Part shown: positions 50,641 to 60,000 of the stretch, piece after piece | How the letters are laid out: every line of letters begins with the position of its first letter | How positions within the stretch are numbered: position 1 is the stretch's first letter | NCBI GenBank assembly: GCA_038087875.1 | Contig: CM075989.1 | Span: 12,526,001 to 12,586,000, forward strand | DNA from: Malacoraja senta | Lineage: Eukaryota | Direction of reading: 5' to 3' | Length of the DNA stretch: 60,000 nucleotides | Position numbers and translations under genes: made by a program | Notes under the pieces: model-generated | Database searches by the model: none | The model's input: the letters and a program-made list of their open reading frames with translations, nothing else | What the model was told of the DNA's origin: nothing

Positions 50641-52794
50641 ATTGCTTTTAATGACAACTATCATATCCACCATTGCCATCATCAACTTCAAGATCCACGA
50701 GTCATAATTCCTGGGAATTTTTCACTTTTCAGTTTCATTAAATTCTTCAATGCCATTTCTTACAATAATATATTCTTTGAGCTCCTCATTTACTTTAAAC
50801 CTACCACCCTACACAATTTCTAGGTTTTCTTGGTCACCTTCCATTACCAAAAATATTTGTTTATTTTATTTGCTTGTATATAAGGCAGAAAATATTCTGT
50901 GGTGTTTATGGGGTATCTGACATTGGCTACCTTGAGTATCCAGTGTGGTGAGTTGGGCAATATCAAACCATGATTTCATGCACTATCTTGCTGTTCTTAA
51001 TCCTGAGGCAGTGGGGATTGGCACAGGGAAAATAGGAAATGGAGACCGCAAATAAATCCATGGCTGCTCATGCCAAACAGTCACTTGGCTGCCTGTTGTA
51101 TTTGCCACATGATATTTAGTTTCATGGACTTCAGTCAGTGGGACAGTAGGTTGCTGACAGTGTAACTCCTATTTAGCTCTAGAAAGCAATGAATTTGTGT
51201 CAAAGATGAAAAGAAAAGAAAAAACAGGGTAACCTTTGTTCTTCTGCGGACTGACTTGAGAGGAGTCAGATTGATTATGGTGCACCCAGCTTTGACATCT
51301 TTCCCAGTGGTATTTAAAAGAAAATAAGAAAAGAAAACTACCTTTAAAATGTGTCAGGAAATGAGAGGATATCATTTGACTATTCTAAGAACAATGGAGT
51401 TAATCTCATTCAAATTTACTGGGAAACCCCAGGTTATTCTGAAACTATGATAATTATATACCAATTGTAGTAATTAAGAAAATTGAACTCATTACAGAAA
51501 AAATATGGCTTAATTTTCCTTATCAATTCCCAGCTGTGTGATGCAGTTCAGCACCAGAAGACCGTAATGAAATATAGTTACTAGAGCATGGATTTGTGAA
51601 TACATTTGCTGATTACAGGCTGTATTCACAATTGAAGTTATACAGTTCAATGTATTAAACCATTTAGATGAATTAAAGCAACAACGTTAATTTTAATAGT
51701 AAAAATGTAAACATTATGTTATTTGGAAATTTATAAGCACTTATTTTCAAGCAATGATTATGGAGCAGATACACTGAATGACCTCGACACAGAATCAAGG
51801 TCTGCCAAGATCATTGAGGTTATTCTTGCCTGTGGTCATATCAATGGGATACAGGCTCTGAGCTAATATTACTGATGGAGAAAAATCATAATGCAGCACA
51901 CAGTAAATATGAATTCAATGTTGGGTTCCACAAATGATGGTGAGATCTTCCATAAACATACTTCAGAGTAACCATCAATTTCCATTAATTAAAGAACAGT
52001 ATAAATTATGGTTAACACACGCCTTTCATCAAATCAAAATAAAAATTGAAATAAAGAGTATGCAATAATTATTTTACATTGGAATATTTTTGAAGATGAT
52101 GTTGTGAAAACTAAATTAATGTCATTATCTTGGGTTGTTATTCCAACTAGTCAACCATGCATTATTACGGATAATTGTTTTATCAGACATCTGATGTTGC
52201 CAGGTTTAATGATAGAAAATTTGAATATGCTTTTTATATTGTAGAAGATTTAACTAACAGCCAGTATTTCTCTGAACAATAGAAAGAATAATCAGCATTT
52301 GGATGTTGACATTGGGCTATTAAAATGACTAAAGGCTCTTAAGAAGAAAGGTTCTCGTTTGACAAACGCATTGTGGCATTTTTGTGAAATGGTGCAGTTT
52401 TCTTTGTTTAATTTCTAAGGTCAGGCACTATGTGGGAATGACTGGGTCTGGTTTAATCTGCAGTGCTGGCAGGCGATTGGGACAAGTTGGTTCTGTTTTC
52501 TAATATGCTCAGCAGAAAATCAATAACTTCAGGTATGCAGAGATAATGGTGCTGCCCCGATCGATGCCGTGCGATTGATCCACCTTGAGCTTTTGGCTAA
52601 ATTTGCAGTATAATTAGAATTATTAATTAAAAATAGGAAATCAATCAACACAAATTGCATGTCAGTGAACTGTGTTTTAATTTCTTCGACATTGTCTCTA
52701 CAGTCCCCATTGTTGACTGTGACAGAACTGACACACAAGTAGACATTTTTTTTGTATTTGCATCATTCCTGGCTAAAGGTTTACAGTTTTTATT

Positions 52795-53292
52795 TCTCGC
52801 CACCTCCAACGGGATCTCACTATGACCACATCATCCAATCTCTACCCCTTTCTGCTTTCCGCAGAGACCGTTCGCTCCATAACTCCCTGGTCAACTCGTC
52901 CCTTCCCAACCAAACCACCCCAGGTACTTTCCCCTGCAACTGCAGGAGATACAACACCTGTCCCTTTACCTCCCACCTCGACTCCATCCAAGGACCTAAA
53001 CAGTCTTTACAGGTGAGGCAGAGGTTCACTTGCACCTCCTCCAACCTCATCTACTGTATCCGCTGTTCCATGTGTCAATTTCTCTACATCGGCGAGACCA
53101 AGCGCAGGCTCGGCGATCATTTCGATGAACTTCTCCGCTCAGTCTGTCTTAACCTATCTGATCTCCCTGTGGCTCAGCACTTCAACTCCCCCTCCCATTC
53201 CCAATCTGACCTTTCTGTCCTGGGCCTCCTCTATTGTCAGAGTGAGGCCCAGAGCAAATAGGAGGAACAGTGCCTCATATTTCGCTTGGGTA
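52795..53292 (+). mobile_element. Penelope GIY-YIG endonuclease fragment
   Basis: LSAFRRDRSL..FTCTSSNLIYCIRCSMCQFLYIGETKRRLGDHF..PVAQHFNSPSH. Confidence 0.92.
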
Positions 53293-53329
53293 TACACGCT
53301 GGCTTATGCTGTCCTGCGGGTGAAGCCCG

Positions 53330-54012
53330 GTTAGGATGGGATATGCTTTTGAAAAGGCCTAGGTCTTTAACTGCAGTGCATTTTCAGATGTTAAATACTA
53401 CAGCCATGTGTGCTGGTGGTGATGGGAATACATGTTTAAGGTAATTGGTGGGGTGTCAATTAAATATTGTATTGTTCTGAAAATCCTTTTTGAGATTATG
53501 GAGCCACATTCAATCAGGCCAGAGGAGAGCATTCCATCACTCCTGACTTATGCTTTGTAGATGGTGGAAATTTGTAGTCAGGAGGTGAGTCACGTGCTGG
53601 ATACCTGGCCTCTGACCTGCTCTTGTAGCCATGGTATTTATGTGGCTCGTTCAATTTAGCTCTGATTAGTGGCGACCACCAGGATATTGATGAAAAAATC
53701 ACTGGGAAATGGCAATTTAATTGAATATCAAGGGTAGGTGGTTAGATTTTCTCTTCTTGGAAATGGTCATGCCTGGCACTGTGGCACAGATGATACTTAT
53801 CATTTATCAGCTCATGCCTGAATCTTGTCCTATTCTTGCTGAATTGAGGCATGGGCCTCAGTGAATATCCCTACTTCTGACTGTGTATTGGAAAGAAGGT
53901 TGTTGATGAAGAAGCTGTAGCTAGTTGGTTCTCAACACAGTCCTCAGGAACTCCTGCAGCGATGTTCTGGGACTGGGATGATTGACCTCCAATAACCAAA
54001 GAAATCTTCCTT
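53330..54012 (-). mobile_element. Old CR1-like RT fragment (upstream part at 56712-57200)
   Basis: QRKISLVIGGQSSQSQNIAAGVP here; KSNPANYQPVSLFTIIRKL at 56699-56944. Confidence 0.7.
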
Positions 54013-56137
54013 TGATAGACACAAAATGCTGGAGTAACTCAGCAGGACAGGCAGCATCTCTGGAGAGAAAGAATGGATAACGTTTCGGGTCAAGACCCTT
54101 CTTCAGACTGATGTCAGGGGAGTAGATGGTACTGAGATAAAATGTAGTCAGAGACAGGAAGACTGGTCAGAGAATTGGGGAGGGGAGGGAGAGAGAGGGA
54201 AAGCAAGGACTACTTGAAGTAGAGAAGTCAATCTTCATACCGCTGGGGTGTAAGCTACCCAAGCAAAATATGAGGTCCTGTTCCTCCAATTTGCGCTGGT
54301 AATGGAGGAGGCCCAGGACAGAAAGGTCAGTGTGGGAATGGGAGGGGGAGTTAAAGTGTTGAGCAACCGGGAGATGAGGTAGGTTTAAGCGGACTGAGCA
54401 GAGGTGTTCTGCAAAACGATCGCTGAGCCTGCGCTTGATCTCGCCGATATACAGGAGTCCACATCTGGAACAGCGGATACAATAGATGAGGTTGGAGGAG
54501 GTGCAAGTGAACCTCTGCCTCACCTGAAAGACTGTCGGGGTACTTGGACGGAGTCGAGGGAGGAGGTAAAGGAACATGTGTTGCATCTCCTGCGGTTGCA
54601 GGACCTGGGTGGTTTGGGTGGGAAAGGACGAGTTGACCAGGGAGTTGCGGAGGGACAAGACTCTACGAAAAGCGGAAAGGGGTGGAGATGGGAAGATGCG
54701 GCTATTAGTGGGAGGTGACAAAAATGTCGGAGGATTATGCGACGGCTGATGGGGTGGAAGGCGAGGACAAGGAGGACTCTGTCCTTGTTACGACTGGGGG
54801 GAGGGGGAGCAAGAGCGGAGTTTCTGGATATCGAGGAGACCCAAGTGAGAGCCTCATCTATAATGGAAGAGGGGAACCCCCATTCCCTAAAAAATGAGGA
54901 CATCTCCGATGACCTGGTATGGAACACCTCATCTTGGGCGCAGATGCGGCGTAGACGGAGGAATTGAGAGTAGGGGATAGAGTCTTTACAGGAAGCAGGG
55001 TGGGAAGAAGTGTAGTCTAGATAGCTATGGGAGTCAGTGGGTTTGTAATAGATGTTCTAGAAACGTTAGGGAGATTTCGGAGAAGGTCCAAGTGAATTTG
55101 AGCAGGACGGAAATTAGTCATGATGTTAATGAAATCAGTGAGTTCTGCACGGGTGCAGGTGGTAGCACCGATGCAGTCGTCAATGCAGCAGAGGTCGAGT
55201 TTGGGGATAGGGTCAGTGTACGCCTGGAACAGTGATTGTTCGACGTACCCTACAATGAGGCAGGCATAGCTGGGGCCCATGCGAGTCCTATGGCTACTCC
55301 TTGGATTTGGAGGAAGTGGGAGGAAGGAGAAGTTGTTAAAGTTAAGGACCAGCTCTGGTAGGTGGAGGAGAGTGTTGGTAGACAGAAATTGGCTGGTTCT
55401 GCAGTCGAGGAAGAAATGGAGGGCTTTAAGACCTTCCTGGTGGTGGATGGAGGTGTAGAGTGACTGAACATCCAGAATAAAGATGAGGTAGTGGGAGCCT
55501 GGAAAACAGAAGTCATTGAAGAGACGAAGGGTGTGTGAGGTGTCTTGGACATAGGTAGGGAGGGATTGGACCAGGGGGAATAGGATGGTGTCGAAGTTTG
55601 TGGAAATTAATTCAGTGGGACATGAACAAGCAGAAACAATGGGTCTGCCAGGGCAGTTCTGTTTGTGGATTTTGGGCAGAAGATAAAATCGAGTCGTGTG
55701 GGGCTGGGGAATGATAAGTTTGGAGGCTTTGGAGGACAGACAGCCGGAAGTAATGAAATCACTAATGGTGCGTGATATTAAGTCCTGGTGTTCGTCTGTG
55801 GGATCATGGTCCAAGGATAAGTAGGAGGAGGTGTCCGAGAGTTGTCGCCTGGCCTCAGCCGGGTACAGGTCAGCACACCAGACTGCCATGGCACCTCCCT
55901 TGTCAGCGGGTTTGATTATAATGTCGCGGTGAGATTGCTGCTGTACATTCAATGTGGGAGAAGTTAGAGTAGATAAGGGTAGTGGAAAAGTTAAGACGGT
56001 TGATGTCATACCGGCAGCTGGAAATAAAAATGTCTAAAGAGGGTAGAGGGCCATCCAGGGGATTCTAAGAGGAGGGGCACCGGTGGAGATGGGAGAAGGG
56101 GTCATCACTGGGTAGTGAGGACTCATTCCCATAGAGT
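54013..56137 (-). mobile_element. Penelope-like element: RT + GIY-YIG ORF (frameshifted) with 3' pLTR
   Basis: IIKPADKGG, FYLLPKIHK..PGRPIVS, DVQSLYTSI, MGPSYA, CIDDC; NLIYCIRC..LYIGEIKRRL; pLTR ~54013-54170. Confidence 0.93.
54074..54112 (-). ncRNA. Minimal hammerhead-ribozyme motif in Penelope pLTR
   Basis: CUGAAGA-A-GGGUC-UU-GACCC-GAAA-C-GUU. Confidence 0.65.
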
Positions 56138-56710
56138 GTCCCGGGGAGCCACGCGGGCCCGATCCCCCCTCTGAACAACCGCACCACCAACTGGAACGGG
56201 CCCCGGTAGGCCCGACTCGCCCCACAGGCCTCCCAGGGACTGCGGTGAAACCGGGCAACGAGGCCTGTCTGGGCCAAAGGATTCTCAGCGGTGGTGACGA
56301 TGGGAGCCTCGGCGGCGGCAGCGGGTTCCTTGGTGGCAGCGTGAGCCGCGGCGGGGCCTCGCAATCGACTCGCGATCAGCCATCGATGAGCATGAGGGGG
56401 GGATGGAGAAGACAATGGGGACCCGGCGTGGGGGGATTGCCATGAGGGATGCGCAGAGTACAAAGGTGACCCGGTGTGGGGAAGGGGGAGGAACTCTAGT
56501 TTAGAATGCTCTGCCCATGGGATAAGTCTGTTTTCGTTTGTCTGTTCATTTGTTCCGGTGAAGGCGCTGTGCACACAGCAGCCAGCCAACAGTCGATTGT
56601 CTTTATCTTTTTGTTTTCACTTTTAATTTCAAGTTTTCATTTACCTTGTGTGTTGTGACTGTTGACCGACCAATTTCCCTCCAGGGATGAATAAAGTTTT
56701 ATTGTATCAA
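56138..56710 (+). mobile_element. GC-rich non-autonomous repeat ending in a Rex1-type 3' end
   Basis: gactgttg..atttccctccagggatgaataaagttttattgtatc matches the 3' end of the Rex1 copy at ~26120-26175 (minus). Confidence 0.6.
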
Positions 56711-57956
56711 ATTAATGTGTTTGGTCTTTGTATGAAGGCTGTGCTGGAGGAGTGTAATCTTGGTAAACCCCAAATTGGGCAACAATGGGCAGTATGTTGT
56801 TGAGTAAGTGTCCCTTGATAATACTGTCAACAAGAGATCCCATAATTTCCTGATTATTGTGAATAGACTGACTGGTTGGTAATTAGCTGGATTGGATTTG
56901 TACTGCATTTGATGAGCAGGATTTACCTGGGCAATTTTCCACATTGGCAGGAAAATGCCGGTGTTGTATCAGTGCTGGAAGAGCTTGGCTCGAGATGCAT
57001 CTAGTTTTGGAACATAGCTCTTCAGTATTTCAGCTGGGCTGTTGGCTGGTCCCATATCTTTTGCTGTATCCAGTGCTTTCAGCTGTTTCTTGATATTCCT
57101 GGCCTCAGTTGTGGTGGGGTTCTCAGCACGAAGCCCAGGTGGTACTGGTACACTTGGTACTTTTTCTGCAACTAGTGGTGAATGCTTCAGCTTTGCTGGT
57201 TTATTAGGGACTCAACTTTAGGAGTGATCTATACTGCTTAAAGGGGAAGAGTCTGTGGCATGATTAAAAACTGAGACACATTGCCTGGGGAGGAGGACTG
57301 GATGGTTTTGCATCCCTTCAGTGGCAACTTTACTGGAGGAAGTGAAATTAAGTTCTTTCTCGACAGGAGTATTCATTCCAGGAGGCCCTCAGAATATACC
57401 TTGCAAAGGCTGTTGAGGACCGAGTTGTCAAAGTTTGGATCAGATTGTAAGAACCAAAATGCAATGTTGCAAGAGGCTAAATGATCACAGCAGTGATCAG
57501 GGTTATCTTTAAATACTGTAACAGTGCCAGACATGCCTCATGCCATAACTGTCTCCAACAAAAAGCAGACCTAGTGGAACATTGACTGACCTCATTCTCA
57601 ACTTTAGCATTGCTGCAAATCACAGACCTACAGCTTGGACACTGAAAGGCAGATTACGGTTCGGGTTAGGTCTACGGTTAACACTAACACACATAGCCTT
57701 CATTCTCGCAGGATACACAAGAGTTGACCATTATATTTGCAATGTCATCCAGTGGGAAGTAATGGAAGGAAAGGTTGAGACACATCAAATTGAGGTGATG
57801 AGGATGTCCAGAATCTGGAGGGGAGCCGATTTGCTTGTGGATAGAAACTCTCCTTATAGACTGTTTTCCACGGCAGTGGAGAACCAGTCTGTATAATCTC
57901 AACAAAGCTTGTGGCTTCTAATGAAACTATAGTGAAAATCTCACAAAGGCACCTTT

Positions 57957-58094
57957 GGGTAGATGTCTAAAGAAGGGTCTCGACCCGAAACATCACATAT
58001 TCCTACCCTCCAGAGATGCTGCCTGACCTGCTGAGTTACTCCAGCATTTTGTGTCTTATCATCGGTATAAACCAGCATCTACAGTTCCTTCCCA
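57957..58094 (+). mobile_element. Stand-alone pLTR mini-element with hammerhead motif (G5>A)
   Basis: atgt ctaaaga agggtctcgaccc gaaacatc acat; possible TSD CACCTTT (57950-57956 / 58095-58101). Confidence 0.75.
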
Positions 58095-58287
58095 CACCTT
58101 TAAGTTTGATGCTTTTAAAAGAACTGGCTTGTTTGTTTAAGTAAGAAGCAATTTGCTGGATGAACTCAGCAGGCCAAGTTACATCTGTGGACAAATCAGG
58201 ACCAATGTTCAACCTGCTGATTTCCTACAGCAGATTCTTCATTGCTCCAGAGTCCGGCATCTGCAGTCTGTTGAGTCTCCTTGTTTC

Positions 58288-58564
58288 TTTAGAGATACAG
58301 CATGGAAACAGTTCCTTCAGCTCACCAAGTCCATGCTGACCATCGATCAGCCATCTACACTTGTTCTATCTTATCCCACTTTTGCATCCATTCCCTACAC
58401 ATTAGGGCAATGAACCTAAAAACACGCACATCTTTAGGATGTGGGAGGAAACCAGAGCACCCAAAGGGAACTCACACAATCACAGGGAGAATGTGCAGAC
58501 TCCACACAGACAGCACCCGAGGTCAGAATCAAACCCAAGTCTCTGGCAGTGTGAGGCAGCTGCC
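58288..58564 (-). mobile_element. tRNA-derived V-SINE (HE1-like), second copy
   Basis: Collinear with 30806-31100 (agagatacagcatggaaacag, tgtgggaggaaaccagag; B box gggtttgattc on minus). Confidence 0.8.
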
Positions 58565-59013
58565 AGAGGGAGGTCACAGGGTAATTTGGGAATATGTCTC
58601 ATCTTCCAGAGTACATCTTTATACAGGTCTTCATTCCGGTGGGTCAAGACTCAAATGGCAAGGACTTGCTCTAAAATTAATGGTCCTTCAATAGTTGTTA
58701 GTATTGAGCTTCAGGAGCTTTTTGCAGGAATACCCACCACTGGCAGCAGCACTTCATGGCTGATAGCAAATGCCCCTCACCCTTCCATCCCATTCCCACC
58801 AGGAACCTTCACTGATGGATGAACAGTGGGTGAGGGCTCGATGTGCCCTACAACTTCTTTCTCCGTTGGTATTCACTGTGAGGTATTAAGGATTTAATAG
58901 AAATTCTGCAGTGTTTACCTCTAGCTGAATTTCTGCCCCTTTTCGAATGCCTCAAAAAGGCAGAGGTCTATTGTCACATTTCCTGCCGCAGCAATGATCT
59001 ATAAAAAATGTGA

Positions 59014-59123
59014 AGGGAGACAAAAATGCTGGAGAAACTCAGCGGATGAGGCAGCATGTATGGAGCGAAGGAATACTATTCCGAATAGGTGACGTTTCGG
59101 GTCGCGACCCTTCTTCAGACTGA
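59014..59123 (-). mobile_element. 110-bp hammerhead-containing pLTR mini-element
   Basis: 14-bp TSD TATAAAAAATGTGA (59000-59013 / 59124-59137); intact core CUGAAGA-A-GGGUC-GC-GACCC-GAAA-C-GUC. Confidence 0.85.
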
Positions 59124-59297
59124 TATAAAAAATGTGATGTACAATGTTCAGTTAATTCTGTACCATTTAAAAAGAGTTAATTAGTTTAATTTTGCATAGC
59201 TTTCAGTAATTTTGAAATGCCAAATTGCGATTTAAGCCAATTATCGGATTTCTACATGTATAACTTGATCCAGTACTGTTGAGGTCGCCTCACCTGT

Positions 59298-60000
59298 TAG
59301 GGTGGCCAACTTTCTCACTCCCAAATAAGGGACAAAAGGTGGCGTGCCGCGGCAGTGTGGGTATGGTGCAGGCCCGGGATGAAGTGACTGAGGGGGCTGG
59401 CAGCTACCAGATGGTAACAGGGACCTTTTTCAAAAGAGAGAGAGAGAAAAAAACAACAACCCTGAATAGGTAAACAATACAATATATGAACAATGTATAC
59501 ATATCTTCAGTGTTGTATATGAAATGTAACAGCAAATTATAACAAAGCATAATACAGAGCATAATCTGACTAGCAGTCAGACATGAAATAACACCAAATA
59601 ACCCTATCTGTATGTGCCTATTGAGTAGACATATAATCACTGCAAAAGAGGAAAGGGGGGAGGGTCTCACCAAGTACTTTTTCCATGGATATTTCTTCCT
59701 GCTCTTGACTGATTGAAACAGTCCTTTGTCCTTTTGCACAGCCAAAGAGAAGTCCTTACATGACAAGTCACAGTTCACAGATATTTGAAGTTCATTTTTG
59801 ATCAAATCTGCGCTGCATCAGTTTCTTGAGTTTGAACATTTGATGGTCATCAGAGAGACGATCCTCTCTACAAAGGCATTTGAGCCGGACACACTGAGGA
59901 CAAATGAGACAATCCTGAACATGTTGATCAGGTTGACTTTCCCTATGTTTTGGAAAACTGCCACGTACTTCTCACTGTGGATTTTGTGGTATCCTGTCTG
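59298..60000 (-). mobile_element. hAT (Blackjack-like) DNA transposon end with decayed transposase C-terminus; runs off the window
   Basis: Terminus TAGGGTGGCCAAC at 59298; minus-strand VLSVSGSNAFVERIVSLM..SRN*CSADLIKNELQI (hAT dimerization domain, in-frame stop at 59818-59820). Confidence 0.8.

Noticed and set aside
59404..59805. 133-aa ORF as a host or domesticated gene
   Set aside because: Tail of a hAT transposase behind an in-frame stop, running into non-coding subterminal sequence

Overview
Repeat-saturated vertebrate genomic DNA with no confidently recognisable host gene. It is most likely intronic or intergenic sequence from a cartilaginous fish (skate/ray/shark), inferred from HE1/V-SINE-like elements and the CR1, Rex1 and Penelope types. 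Nearly all long ORFs are pieces of retroelements: CR1, Rex1/Babar, RTE and L1 LINEs, Penelope-like elements (RT + GIY-YIG), and one full-length but decayed DIRS1-type tyrosine-recombinase retrotransposon (17514-22308). Also present are a solo LTR, a PIF/Harbinger MITE and the end of a hAT transposon. The standout observation is a ~140-bp retroposon in three copies (31946-32083 -, 32424-32565 -, 44689-44831 +), each with its own 11-12 bp TSD and a (GAA)n tail. Its first 54 nt fold by eye into a complete minimal HDV-like self-cleaving ribozyme, and each copy starts exactly at the predicted cleavage-site G1. It looks like a ribozyme-headed, Pol III-independent SINE. A second ribozyme class is also present: minimal hammerhead motifs in Penelope pLTRs, including short stand-alone copies with TSDs. 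All family assignments come from motif recognition, without database searches.
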